Sequence record: NC_041994.1
Length of the DNA stretch: 64,000 bases
Direction: 5' to 3' (one strand)
Part shown: in pieces, positions 26,519-36,429 of the stretch
Layout: each line of letters starts with the position of its first letter
Position numbering within the stretch: position 1 is the first letter of the stretch
Translations under genes and position numbers: made by a program
The notes under the pieces: generated by a model
What the model was told of the DNA's origin: nothing
Database searches by the model: none
What the model saw: the letters and a program-made list of their open reading frames with translations, nothing else

Positions 26519-27553
26519 ATGAACGATCTCGTCCACCCAGCCAAACTGCACGCCCCTGTTCAGACTCAGAAGACTGGCGTGCCAAAGCTGGCCATCTACT
26601 GCGCTGGTGCTTTCGGCATCAAGACCGGTACGCGTACGCCGAATGACAATGCGGACACGCGCATCAGCTACATCGACACCAGCGAAGCCAACCTGACCAC
26701 CAGCATCGACGAGAAGAAAGTCTACCGTATCCCGATGCCGGCCGAAGAAGGTCAATCGCAGCGCGGTGGTGCAGGTCAAGACCGTCGTCGTGCGACCAAG
26801 GCAGCACTGCCGCACATCAAGCCGATCCTCGATACCTTCGTACCGGGTGAGTTCAACATCCTGGTTGCGTCGTCGTCGGGTGCATCCGGTTCTTCTGTGA
26901 TGGCACTGCTGGCTCGTGAAATGATTCGTCGCGATCAGTCGTTCATGATCATCACCGTTGGCGAGCTGTCGACTCCGAAATACCTGGTCAACACCAAAGA
27001 CTCCTGGGCGTCGCTGGAAAACATCAGCCTGTCGCTCAAGCGTCCTATCGTCATGGCGTACTTCGAGAACGGCCCGGGCATCCTGCCTTCGGCGGTCGAT
27101 CAAGACGTACAGTTCGTGATCGAAGCGGTGCAAGCACTGACCACCCAGTTCAACGAAGACCTGGACGAGTCCGACATCTACAACTGGTTGAACTACAACA
27201 ACGTGACGTCGGTCGGCCCACAGCTGTCCACCGTGACCATCACCGACAACGCCAAAGCGGCGGGTGCAGTGCTGGAACCGATCGCTACGCTGTCTCTGTT
27301 CTCCGATCGTGATGCTTACCGCGTGGTCGGCACTCCGCACTACATCAAGGCTGGCTACCCACGTGAGCCTTTGATCTGTGCACACGACGAACTGCACTTC
27401 GTGATCAACTCCATCTCGGTGGATGAGATCTCCAAGCGCCTGAAAGAAACCGAAACCACCCAGCGTCAAACGCACGGCAACTACCGCCAGCGTGCAGCCC
27501 TGGTCAACACGCGTGACGACGACACTATCGACGACTGCATCGTCGTAAGCTAA
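26519..27553 (+). CDS. phuZ: Phage tubulin PhuZ
   Basis: IYCAGAFGIKTG, YIDTSEAN, GGAGQDR, variant G-box SSGASGS, T7 loop NEDLDESD and acidic C-terminal knuckle. Confidence 0.9.
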   Translation: MNDLVHPAKLHAPVQTQKTGVPKLAIYCAGAFGIKTGTRTPNDNADTRISYIDTSEANLTTSIDEKKVYRIPMPAEEGQSQRGGAGQDRRRATKAALPHIKPILDTFVPGEFNILVASSSGASGSSVMALLAREMIRRDQSFMIITVGELSTPKYLVNTKDSWASLENISLSLKRPIVMAYFENGPGILPSAVDQDVQFVIEAVQALTTQFNEDLDESDIYNWLNYNNVTSVGPQLSTVTITDNAKAAGAVLEPIATLSLFSDRDAYRVVGTPHYIKAGYPREPLICAHDELHFVINSISVDEISKRLKETETTQRQTHGNYRQRAALVNTRDDDTIDDCIVVS

Positions 27554-27562
27554 GTCGGCAGC

Positions 27563-27596
27563 GACATAAGTGAGGGTGCCTACGGGCACCCTTATC
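27563..27596 (+). terminator. Hairpin terminator
   Basis: gacataag-tg-agggtgcc-tacg-ggcaccct-tat. Confidence 0.7.
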
Positions 27597-27658
27597 TTGT
27601 GGTCCTAAACAAACCATTTTCTTTTTGCGAGGAAGTCACTGTGTAAAGCTCTAAGGAG

Positions 27659-28156
27659 TTGCCAATGGGCAAGTCATCCGCTAACCAAATAGACGAGGTT
27701 ATCGCAAGTCACCTTGAGCTAAATCTATTCCAGTTCCAAATCACGATCAAACACACCCTGACCTTAAATCGGATCTTGCGGGGGTTACTCTTTGCTTACA
27801 GCAAAGACGGCGTTACCTACTACGATACAGTCCCACTCATCACCGAGTGCAATGGGCTTCGTATCCGCTTGCCGAAGTTTGCGATGCATCCCTCGATACG
27901 CAAACGTATTGCAGCACACCAGTATCAACGGTGGTATGTGTACGACTCTGACACACTCTACCCATTACAGATGGCTAAACCCAGCGTGCTAGAAGCAACC
28001 TACCCTTTTAAGGTAAACGACGATGTCCTTTACCGAACACAAATCGCGTATCTAGAGGAGACGATGTTCTTACGCAAAAAATCACTGCTGGCTTTACGAC
28101 CTATCAAACACGGATGGGGTGTTACATTGCGCGTTCCACTGCTCGACACAGCATAG
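27659..28156 (+). CDS. Hypothetical protein
   Basis: AAGGAG before TTG/ATG; about 165 aa. Confidence 0.6.
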   Translation: MPMGKSSANQIDEVIASHLELNLFQFQITIKHTLTLNRILRGLLFAYSKDGVTYYDTVPLITECNGLRIRLPKFAMHPSIRKRIAAHQYQRWYVYDSDTLYPLQMAKPSVLEATYPFKVNDDVLYRTQIAYLEETMFLRKKSLLALRPIKHGWGVTLRVPLLDTA

Positions 28157-28195
28157 ACCCCTCCCTTTACCGGGAGGGGCTTATGTCGTTTTTTA
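28151..28195. terminator. Bidirectional hairpin terminator
   Basis: gcata-ga-cccctccc-tttacc-gggagggg-cttatgtc-gtttttt between convergent genes. Confidence 0.8.
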
Positions 28196-28570
28196 CTTTT
28201 GTACTGGGTCATTGGGCAACAGGTACATGCGGTTGGTCTCACGGATAATACCGACCCGTGAAGGATGCGGATCGTGGATCAGTTCAGCATCCCGCATGAT
28301 GACGCAGTGATTAGTGCCCCGTACGGTTTTACCCGAGGCAATGCACAGTGTCTTTTCCGGATGACCATAGCGCAGCAGATAGTGACGATCTGCCAACCAG
28401 TCCTCCACACGTTCCCAGAAGGTTTCGACGTCACAACCGTCTTCGTGGAAATGTGGAACATCAGCCAGCGGTAGGTTGAGCAGTGAAGCCACACACGCCT
28501 GCATGCAATTACCATAACGGCCTTGCTCAGGTTCATGCATGACGGTCTGGTCCAACCAACGCGAACTCAT
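28193..28570 (-). CDS. Putative papain-like (C39-like) cysteine hydrolase
   Basis: GNCMQACVASLL...NHCVI...IHDP gives a Cys-His-Asp order. Confidence 0.45.
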   Translation of the reverse strand: MSSRWLDQTVMHEPEQGRYGNCMQACVASLLNLPLADVPHFHEDGCDVETFWERVEDWLADRHYLLRYGHPEKTLCIASGKTVRGTNHCVIMRDAELIHDPHPSRVGIIRETNRMYLLPNDPVQK

Positions 28571-29373
28571 GGCGCACCTACCAGAGTACGCAGGTTACGA
28601 CGACGGGCTTCTGGGTCGTTATAGTTCTGCGCAACGTTCTTCCAGGCCTTAAGCTTGATTTTGTACTCTTCCCATTTGCCATCCCACTTACGGATGGTTT
28701 CGGCGAACTCACCAAGCTCTTGACCACCGGACAGATACGCCTGACCGATCTTGATGTTGAACTGGGTGTAGATGTAGGCTTGAGTAGCCAACAAGCACAG
28801 CTCAACGAAATCGAGGATCGACTGATGGCGCACGAACGTCAGCGATTCATCGTTACCCAACCGGCAGCGCAAGAAGGCGGCACTGTACGGCAAGAAGGTG
28901 AACTTCACGATGAACGTGTTGTGGTTGATCATGTTGATGTAAGTGGTAGCCGCTGGAGGTGTACGCAGGGCCGAGTCGAGCACCTTGCGCATTTCACCAC
29001 CCATGGCCGATTCAGCACCACGCAACACACCGGTAGCTACCGAGTAGTTGAGGATACCGAAGTGGACCGAGTAGATCTGACGGATCGGACGGTTTTGGGT
29101 CATCTCTGGCCCGATGTGGTACATCACCGTCATCGGGTCGATGTACTCACGCTGGACGTACGGACCATCCAGTGGAATGTAGGTTTCGGTACCGCCGACC
29201 AAGTCCATATCGACCAGAACACGGCGTTCCAGAATCTCCTCCTGAATACGGGTACGCATGTTCACCGGACTGGAACACATGTAGAAATCCGGTTTACCGA
29301 AGAGCGCACTGAGGATCTGCGGGCCGATCTCCATCTCGATATCATCGAGAGCCTTGACGAGTGGGTTTGACAT
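28567..29373 (-). CDS. Conserved phiKZ-like virion protein
   Basis: 268 aa; GGAGG SD; synteny between phuZ and the DNA polymerase. Confidence 0.6.
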   Translation of the reverse strand: MSNPLVKALDDIEMEIGPQILSALFGKPDFYMCSSPVNMRTRIQEEILERRVLVDMDLVGGTETYIPLDGPYVQREYIDPMTVMYHIGPEMTQNRPIRQIYSVHFGILNYSVATGVLRGAESAMGGEMRKVLDSALRTPPAATTYINMINHNTFIVKFTFLPYSAAFLRCRLGNDESLTFVRHQSILDFVELCLLATQAYIYTQFNIKIGQAYLSGGQELGEFAETIRKWDGKWEEYKIKLKAWKNVAQNYNDPEARRRNLRTLVGAP

Positions 29374-29511
29374 CAGAAGCCTCCTAATTTGCTGCTGGCG
29401 ACGTTTTACGAAAAAAGAAGTACCCTAGTACCAGATAGTATACTAGAGGGGGCATATACGTGATTTGAAGGCGTTTTAGAACTACATCATAGACGTAGCC
29501 AACCTCAGGAA

Positions 29512-29853
29512 ATGATCATGACCAAACTTAGGCAAGCCATGGCGTATAAGTACGACATCGCGGCCGTGCTCAACGAGGTGCGCAATGTTCCACCCACCCT
29601 GCATGGGTATCTGGTGGACGCTGATACGCTAGTTGACATATTCATACTGCGCACACTAAACGCGTTCGAGATCTGCACCATCTTCCCGGTTCCACCGGTG
29701 GTGACAGACCCGATCGTGTTGGCATGGTTCGAAACGATGGACCGAGCAAGGCGATTGCTCTGGGACATTGCCCGTCCACCACCCGAACATTCCGGTACCG
29801 AAGCTTCTTATATACGCCAGGGTGAAAGCATCTGGCTACTCTACATCATTTAA
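29512..29853 (+). CDS. Hypothetical protein
   Basis: AGGA SD; about 113 aa. Confidence 0.6.
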   Translation: MIMTKLRQAMAYKYDIAAVLNEVRNVPPTLHGYLVDADTLVDIFILRTLNAFEICTIFPVPPVVTDPIVLAWFETMDRARRLLWDIARPPPEHSGTEASYIRQGESIWLLYII

Positions 29854-29868
29854 CGGAATAGAAGAGAC

Positions 29869-30966
29869 ATGTCTGGCAAACTGTATTGCTTGAACACCCG
29901 CTGCTACGTCAGCCTGCTGAAAATGATCACCATGAACTACGCGCGTCATCACAACGAACTTGCCCATCAGGGTAAAGGTGAGAAGATGCATGCGGTACTT
30001 GCCCAGACCCCACTCACCCCTTTTGACGATCGTCGTGCACAAGCGTTCGTCCATGCGCTGATCAAATCGAACGTGTCCAGTTATCTGGCGTATTCGGAAG
30101 GTGACACGCAAAGCGACATCATGTGCGAACTGCTGTTCGGTGACGGCGTGGTCATGACCAACCGCCATCTGGCGTTTGTCAATGACTTCCTGACCGTGGA
30201 AGAGATCGACGATCTCAACCTCGAACTGGACATGCATGTCGGGCGTTACCTCGAACGTGAGACTTGGGCTGTGGTCGATATCTTCGACACCGGCAACATG
30301 ATCTCGCTCGTGGTGCAAGAAGACATGCGCATCCGTGAGTGGAAGGAGATGAAGGGCTATACAGTCGGCCGCTTTGCTCCAGCCATGGAACTGGACTTGT
30401 CCGAAATGTTCGCCTACCTGCGGATCAAAACCAACCGCCTCCTGCGTCCGGTCGATGTAGATAACCTGCGCGGTGAGAAGGTTACGGTCAAACATCCGGG
30501 TGACCATATCGACTACCGTTCGTTGGTACTCGACATGCTCGCGGCCAAGTATCCGTTCCTTCGCAAAGAAGGACAAATCGGTGCACACACCGGTGCGATG
30601 GGCACAGGTCGTGATCGTAACCTTGACCTGCTGGTCAGTGGTGGCCTGCGTGCAGAAGGTGAGTACACACTGGAGCTCAATGACGATCGCATTCTGTCGG
30701 TCGATCATTATCTCCAGAAGTTGGTAGAGCCGGCTGTCAATAGCTACTCCGTCAACCGTTACATCAAACGCCTGGACAACCTCAACATCTACACCCTGAC
30801 CATCGGTATCGACAACGTCCTGCGTGTTGTACGTCAGGAAGAAACTACCGTCAAGGTAAATGACAATGCGCGGATCAAGGATCTGGTAGAGTCTTACCTG
30901 CGCAATGACTGGTTGCCGCCGAAAGAGCGTGAAGAAGCTGAACGCTGGATTCAGGAAAACCAATAA
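29869..30966 (+). CDS. Hypothetical protein
   Basis: 365 aa with typical codon bias. Confidence 0.75.
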   Translation: MSGKLYCLNTRCYVSLLKMITMNYARHHNELAHQGKGEKMHAVLAQTPLTPFDDRRAQAFVHALIKSNVSSYLAYSEGDTQSDIMCELLFGDGVVMTNRHLAFVNDFLTVEEIDDLNLELDMHVGRYLERETWAVVDIFDTGNMISLVVQEDMRIREWKEMKGYTVGRFAPAMELDLSEMFAYLRIKTNRLLRPVDVDNLRGEKVTVKHPGDHIDYRSLVLDMLAAKYPFLRKEGQIGAHTGAMGTGRDRNLDLLVSGGLRAEGEYTLELNDDRILSVDHYLQKLVEPAVNSYSVNRYIKRLDNLNIYTLTIGIDNVLRVVRQEETTVKVNDNARIKDLVESYLRNDWLPPKEREEAERWIQENQ

Positions 30967-30973
30967 GTACCCG

Positions 30974-31004
30974 AGCTCTGGGGTTCGTCCCCAGGGCTTA
31001 TGTC
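30974..31004 (+). terminator. Hairpin terminator
   Basis: agctctgggg-ttcgt-ccccagggct-tatgtc. Confidence 0.6.
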
Positions 31005-31016
31005 CGAGTAGACATT

Positions 31017-31397
31017 ATGATGAGTCAGTTAACGCTGGTCACGTTCGACCCCGCTATCATCTTACCCAACTACCCGGGCCAAGCTCGGGAGTTCCACGAC
31101 AACGAGAACTACTACAACGCCATGGGGTTCTTAGCGAACACCATCCGTGACTTGGAGTCTGACCTTAGCATCTATCGCGGCGAAGACATCAGTGACACGA
31201 TCGAGGAATACTTCAGTGATTACTGTTGCATGCACACGCTGGAGTTCTATCAGCGACACACCGATGAGATGATGCGCAAAGCGACCATCATGCACAACCT
31301 CATGCCGGCAGGTATCTTCGAACGTTTTGACTTCTGGGAGGCACATCCCAGAGGAATTTACTTCAGTGGCTTATTGCATGCCATTGATTACCGGTGA
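31017..31397 (+). CDS. Hypothetical protein
   Basis: 126 aa; first of a chain of overlapping small genes. Confidence 0.65.
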   Translation: MMSQLTLVTFDPAIILPNYPGQAREFHDNENYYNAMGFLANTIRDLESDLSIYRGEDISDTIEEYFSDYCCMHTLEFYQRHTDEMMRKATIMHNLMPAGIFERFDFWEAHPRGIYFSGLLHAIDYR

Positions 31398-31813
31398 CCC
31401 TAATGAAGAGCAGAACATTTCTGGTGTGTTTCGAGCCGATGCGCCTGCTCCCTGCCACATGGGAAGCAAAACAACATTGCTTCTTCAAGTTTGACTACTA
31501 TGAAGCACTGGCTCACGTGGCTGAAGCCATGCGGTGGCGTGAGCAACAACTCACTGAATACACACAGCGGTTGGACCGTGCAATAACAGAGCTCGACATA
31601 GAGCATCAAGTCCGCAACATCAAAGCCATCGAGACACACACCGACCGTCTAATCGAGGAAGGGTTGTCCATGCAGTTTTACTATGTCCACGACGACATGG
31701 CGGCCGCCGGTGACTTTATGCAGAAGTTGTTACCACCCGGTGAAATCACTAACTTGAAACTAGCGTTCCTTCATCATCGAGGCGCTTGGTATACGGGGGT
31801 GGCGAGTGAATGA
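31394..31813 (+). CDS. Hypothetical protein
   Basis: GTGA overlap with the upstream stop; 139 aa. Confidence 0.6.
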   Translation: MTLMKSRTFLVCFEPMRLLPATWEAKQHCFFKFDYYEALAHVAEAMRWREQQLTEYTQRLDRAITELDIEHQVRNIKAIETHTDRLIEEGLSMQFYYVHDDMAAAGDFMQKLLPPGEITNLKLAFLHHRGAWYTGVASE

Positions 31814-32180
31814 GGTAATGATCATGCCGATGCAGCAAATGAAGAACATGTACGCGATTCGGCTTGACGCCCTCTTCACTCCTCGGGAGATGGAGATCGC
31901 TCTCAAGCGGTTCAAAACCCGAGAGGGGGTCGTGGAGTTCACGGTGGACTTCTGCGACTACACGTACATCTTCGGACAAAACAACCTGATCCCTCGGGAT
32001 GTAGACATGGAGAAAGAACCCCATGTCTTCGATGTGATCGCGAATGCCTGTAGACGTCTGCGTGACATTATTAGGCTTAGCGACACTCTCCAAATCGACA
32101 ACTTCAAGATGACCCGCACGACGGTGTTCATCTTGGTAAGGCATGAGGTTCCGACCCATGAACGTACTGGTAACCTTTGA
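31806..32180 (+). CDS. Hypothetical protein
   Basis: Overlapping start; 124 aa. Confidence 0.65.
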   Translation: MNEVMIMPMQQMKNMYAIRLDALFTPREMEIALKRFKTREGVVEFTVDFCDYTYIFGQNNLIPRDVDMEKEPHVFDVIANACRRLRDIIRLSDTLQIDNFKMTRTTVFILVRHEVPTHERTGNL

Positions 32181-32682
32181 GGCTGTCTCGTTACAGCACG
32201 GCCTCTCTAAGTTCGACGATCACGAATCGGTTAAGGTTGCCATTGGGTTAGTTCTTCAATGGTTCCTGAACGCCGTGCATCGAAAGCTGACGCCTGACCA
32301 AGTCTTGGATAACATCGGTCAGGTAGTCAGCGATACTTACGTTTATGCCGAGTATATGCTTGGCGACAACAGTCTAATCGACAACGGTACTGGCGCAGTG
32401 GCTAAGCTCAACTACCCACTCGTACACAGTGAACATGAAAACAACTACGCGTTTAAGGAATACAGTACAGTCCACAGCAACCTGTACTGCCGCTACGGCG
32501 AGATCGTTGAGCATGTTGTCATCAACTACGCCCGATCGGTGATGGGCTTCCTTGCCTCCTTAGAGACGGACAAGCACGCCACCAACGTCACCTGCCTTGA
32601 TTACACCGAACGGTATATCGCGGCTCATGTCCACTGCCGGAATCTAATTGAGTACCACCATGAATCAAACAATCACCCGTGA
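32158..32682 (+). CDS. Hypothetical protein
   Basis: Start moved to ATG 32158, after GAGGT. Confidence 0.65.
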   Translation: MNVLVTFEAVSLQHGLSKFDDHESVKVAIGLVLQWFLNAVHRKLTPDQVLDNIGQVVSDTYVYAEYMLGDNSLIDNGTGAVAKLNYPLVHSEHENNYAFKEYSTVHSNLYCRYGEIVEHVVINYARSVMGFLASLETDKHATNVTCLDYTERYIAAHVHCRNLIEYHHESNNHP

Positions 32683-33163
32683 ACATCCATTCCGTGCCTG
32701 CGCAACCGTGGATGTGTCTTTTGTGATGGAACAGTTCCGTCCGATCATTCTCTGGATGGAAGCCTTAATCTCTAACGCAGACTCCACCGCTTACCGTGCC
32801 TTTGACCGTGACGCCATGTTCATGCGTCTGTTTGAAGCAGCCGATCACCATCTCGCGTTTGAGCTGGGGCGTAAGCAAGGCAATGTCGGCTTTGACTTCT
32901 ATATCCAAGAGTACGGCGGACAGTTTGCCAAGTACCTAAACGATGCTGAGTTCCTACGTGCCGGCGGGATCTACTTCGCCAATGCCGTGGGTTACCTCGC
33001 TCGTTGTTTGGACATGGCCCGACAAGAAGCCGAGAACTTAGGCGCAATAGTGACTGAAGTGGATGGCACACCGTACATCGGTATGTCACTGTTCACTTAC
33101 ATCGTCACCGCTTCGTTCGATAACCATCTGTATGACTTCGTTCCAGGGTCAATGACCTACTAA
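32660..33163 (+). CDS. Hypothetical protein
   Basis: Probable ATG 32660; 167 aa. Confidence 0.65.
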   Translation: MNQTITREHPFRACATVDVSFVMEQFRPIILWMEALISNADSTAYRAFDRDAMFMRLFEAADHHLAFELGRKQGNVGFDFYIQEYGGQFAKYLNDAEFLRAGGIYFANAVGYLARCLDMARQEAENLGAIVTEVDGTPYIGMSLFTYIVTASFDNHLYDFVPGSMTY

Positions 33164-33237
33164 TGGTTTGTATCTGCATTAACACACAGGCCAGCACGAG
33201 AATAACAAACGCGTAGCCTTGGTCAGGAGTATCTCAC

Positions 33238-33681
33238 ATGAACGTCGCTATTTGCTTTCATAGCGAGGCGTACAAGCAATACGTTGACGCGTTGACTACG
33301 GCGATGTATGAAGTCCCAGAAGAACACTACGACGTAGAGGCTTGTCGGGAACAAGGGGAAGAAGACGGTTTCGTCTTCGTGGAACCGACCGAGCCTACTT
33401 ACGATCCTGTGCGTCTTTTGCAGGACATCACACGCAGCATGACGCTGCGCTTCTACGATTACTTGGTGCCTAACAGCATCGACCGCGAGGAGTTGCTCAA
33501 CGACGATGACGCAATGCTGCGTCTACTCACCGAGCTTTTAATTCAGGTAGAGAAGATTTACCCCGATGCCCATGTCATAGGCTTCCACCCCGTCAACCTG
33601 AAAGGGCAGATGATGGTCGTGTTGCAAATGCAGAAGCCCGTGGGAGGTCAACTCTCCGACGTAACCATCTATCACTTCTGA
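33238..33681 (+). CDS. Hypothetical acidic protein
   Basis: AGGAG SD; 147 aa. Confidence 0.7.
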   Translation: MNVAICFHSEAYKQYVDALTTAMYEVPEEHYDVEACREQGEEDGFVFVEPTEPTYDPVRLLQDITRSMTLRFYDYLVPNSIDREELLNDDDAMLRLLTELLIQVEKIYPDAHVIGFHPVNLKGQMMVVLQMQKPVGGQLSDVTIYHF

Positions 33682-33689
33682 GGCTTGCC

Positions 33690-34106
33690 ATGAGCACCGC
33701 TATTACCGAGATTCAGATTGGCCAGCGATTTAGCTTTGAGGTTTACCCCTCGGCGATCCTGGGTAACAACTTCAAGGACGTCACACTCGAAGGGTTTATC
33801 AGCCCAAGCATGGCCCAAGCCTTCGGGGAAGACATCTATTCGAAGCACTCCAACTGCTACCGCACGCTACCCACCACCGTGCCGAATGACCCGCTGAAAT
33901 ACAACTGGATGCGAGTTAAGCACCAGAACGGTCAGTTCAGCATCCTGGGCGTCCCCTACGTGCGTCCTGACAGCGTTCAGGTCTCGACGCAGGGCGTACT
34001 GAACCTTCGCTTCGATGGCGTCAACCAGACGGATCAGACGCGCATCCTGGAAGCCCTGTCCGCCAACGGCTATAAACCCACCGTCAACTTGCTGACGCAA
34101 CAATAA
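33690..34106 (+). CDS. Conserved phiKZ-like beta-barrel protein upstream of DNA polymerase
   Basis: 138 aa; FSFEVYPSAILG..FKDV recalled from phiKZ-like core genes; synteny. Confidence 0.65.
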   Translation: MSTAITEIQIGQRFSFEVYPSAILGNNFKDVTLEGFISPSMAQAFGEDIYSKHSNCYRTLPTTVPNDPLKYNWMRVKHQNGQFSILGVPYVRPDSVQVSTQGVLNLRFDGVNQTDQTRILEALSANGYKPTVNLLTQQ

Positions 34107-34161
34107 TACCCGGTCCCCTAATGAAGTGTCGTGGGTGAAAACCCATGGTACACTCCGATTT

Positions 34162-34190
34162 GGCTCCCCGAAAGGGGAGTCTTTTATTTT
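34162..34190 (+). terminator. Intrinsic terminator
   Basis: ggctcccc-GAAA-ggggagtc-ttttatttt. Confidence 0.8.
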
Positions 34191-34203
34191 CACAGGACCG
34201 CTC

Positions 34204-36375
34204 ATGGGTATTCGTAACGCGTTTGTACTCCCGGACCAAGAATACGTCCGAGATCTGAATATCATCGACGGCACTATTGACGATAATGCTCGTTACATTT
34301 CGTTGATGACACAAGACCCGTATGAGGAATGTCGCTCCTTCGTCAAAGAGCAACTCACACCGGGCGGCGAATTCGCACTGCGTAATCCCAAGGCATTGAT
34401 TCTTGACAAAGACACCAATGGGGACCGCAAAGCTGTAACAGGCACAGTCCTGGGTTTCATTCAACGGGTTGAGAAGCAAGGCCTCCTCCTGTCGCCGTCG
34501 ATGACGGCCTATATGCCGGAGTCCGAACGCCAATCCACCCACGCCCTTTACATTGAAGAAGGCGTAAAGAACCGTTCCGTTGTAAAGAAGGAAATGATCG
34601 AGGCAGAGCGTGCAGCTACCGCCACCGAGATCCCCTTCGAGAAGACCAAGTTCAAAGAAATCGCGTTGATGAAAAAGGGTGGTCAAAACAACCTGAAAAT
34701 CAACAACAACTCCTATTCAGGAGCCACCGTTTCTGTTGCAACGATTCTACACTACAAGTCTACACACTCCTCGCTGACTTCGACTTGTCGTAGCGCGACC
34801 TCCTATGCCAACGCCTCGAACGAGAAGTTCATTCAAGGCAACCGCCATTATTACACCCCTGAGGTGGTTAAGGCGAACCTGATCAGCATCATTAACATCG
34901 CGCCGCTTGAAACCATCAAGGCTGCTTGCGAGAAACATGGTCTGGTCTACCCAACAGCTGATCAAGTGATGGACATGGTGGAAGAGTCCAGCCGTCACTA
35001 TTGGCAAGACATTCCAGAGATGCGCCGTCTGCGTATTCTGGTAACCAACATGACGCCGGTTCAACGTGCAGCGGTTATGTACGTCGGTGACATGTATCAC
35101 CTGTACCTGCTGAACAAAGAAGTTATTCGTACCTTCCTGTTACAGATGGCTCAGGTGGGTGACCCAACCAAGACCATGCTCACCGATGAAGAGTATGGCA
35201 AGGTCGATGGCGACACCAAGCTTTTGGCTACCTTTATCTGCTACCAGGAAATCTCTGGACGCAAGATGAACGAGCTCAAAACTGCAAGCAAAGGTGACTA
35301 CGACAAAGTGCTGGCCACCGCCGGTAACGCGTTGCAGACTCTGGAAGAATACGAGCTGATGCTCAAAGCGTTCTTCCTCACCAAGTGCCTGCCGTCTTCG
35401 ATCCATGCATTCCCGTCGATCCGCCGTAAAGCGGTACCGATCTCGGACACAGACTCGACGATGTTCACCCTGATGTGGTGGGTCAACGAACTGTTCCCGA
35501 AAGAACAAGCCTTCACTCCAGAAGCACGCCGTCTTGTGTTCGCCATGGTGTACATGGTGTCCGAAGTGGTGATGCACATTCTGGCAGTGCTGTCTCGCAA
35601 CATGGGTGTAAGCGACGCTAAGCTGCGTTTGCTGGCCATGAAGAACGAGTACTACTTTGAAGTGCTCAGCCTGACCGCACGTTCGAAACACTACTATGCC
35701 TCTCAGGATGCGCTTGAGGGGGTAATGTTCCCGAAAGCCAAGATGGAGGTTAAGGGTGTGGGGCTACGGGACTCTAAGGTTCCCCCTCGTATCCAGGCAC
35801 AAGCCAAGAAGATGATGAAGCGTATCATCGAAACCATTAAAGCCGGCAAGCAGATCCAGTTGATCGAATTGCTGACCGAAGTGGCTGACATCGAACGTTC
35901 CATTATTAAGTCGCTGGAAGACGGTAAGTTTGAATACCTGACCACTGCGCAAGTTAAGCCGGCTGACTCGTACAAGTCTGACGAGAACGCCACGTTCAAA
36001 CAGTACGGCCTATGGCAAGAAGTGTTCGCCCCGTCATTCGGTGATACACAGAAGCCGCCGTATCAAGCCGTTAAGCTGAGTCTGGCGACACACAATCGGA
36101 CTGAGATGGAAGCTTGGTGCGTCAAGATGGGCAACCCTGCGTTGGCTAACCGCCTGCGCACCTGGATGATGCGTGAAGGTAAGCGTGAACTCACCACGTT
36201 GATCATTCCTGCGGCTGTGGTAGAAGGCACTGGTATCCCGAAAGAGATCACCTGTGCAATCGATACCCGTCGTGTGATCAGCAACGTAATGGGTGCTTTC
36301 TACATTATCCTCGAATCGCTCGGTATCATGCTGGTGGAGAAGAACAACATCCGCCTCGTGTCCGACTACTATTAA
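34204..36375 (+). CDS. Family B DNA polymerase, polymerase-domain subunit (phiKZ gp50-like)
   Basis: Motif B QNNLKINNNSYSG, motif C ISDTDST, MKNEY and EVKGV; start moved past the terminator to ATG 34204 (AGGA SD). Confidence 0.85.
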   Translation: MGIRNAFVLPDQEYVRDLNIIDGTIDDNARYISLMTQDPYEECRSFVKEQLTPGGEFALRNPKALILDKDTNGDRKAVTGTVLGFIQRVEKQGLLLSPSMTAYMPESERQSTHALYIEEGVKNRSVVKKEMIEAERAATATEIPFEKTKFKEIALMKKGGQNNLKINNNSYSGATVSVATILHYKSTHSSLTSTCRSATSYANASNEKFIQGNRHYYTPEVVKANLISIINIAPLETIKAACEKHGLVYPTADQVMDMVEESSRHYWQDIPEMRRLRILVTNMTPVQRAAVMYVGDMYHLYLLNKEVIRTFLLQMAQVGDPTKTMLTDEEYGKVDGDTKLLATFICYQEISGRKMNELKTASKGDYDKVLATAGNALQTLEEYELMLKAFFLTKCLPSSIHAFPSIRRKAVPISDTDSTMFTLMWWVNELFPKEQAFTPEARRLVFAMVYMVSEVVMHILAVLSRNMGVSDAKLRLLAMKNEYYFEVLSLTARSKHYYASQDALEGVMFPKAKMEVKGVGLRDSKVPPRIQAQAKKMMKRIIETIKAGKQIQLIELLTEVADIERSIIKSLEDGKFEYLTTAQVKPADSYKSDENATFKQYGLWQEVFAPSFGDTQKPPYQAVKLSLATHNRTEMEAWCVKMGNPALANRLRTWMMREGKRELTTLIIPAAVVEGTGIPKEITCAIDTRRVISNVMGAFYIILESLGIMLVEKNNIRLVSDYY

Positions 36376-36383
36376 CCCAAACC

Positions 36384-36410
36384 GCCCCGGGCAACCGGGG
36401 CACCCTTTTA
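36384..36410 (+). terminator. Intrinsic terminator
   Basis: gccccgg-GCAA-ccggggc-accctttt. Confidence 0.7.
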
Positions 36411-36429
36411 TTCCGTCTAGGACTTAACG

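Noticed and set aside
29481-29500. actacatcat-agac-gtagcc as another early promoter
   Set aside because: Mismatches in both the TATATCA and GTGA parts and an atypical distance to the start; too weak to call.
34126-34203. N-terminal extension of the DNA polymerase in the ORF track
   Set aside because: It spans a GAAA-loop terminator and U-tract; ATG 34204 has the SD.
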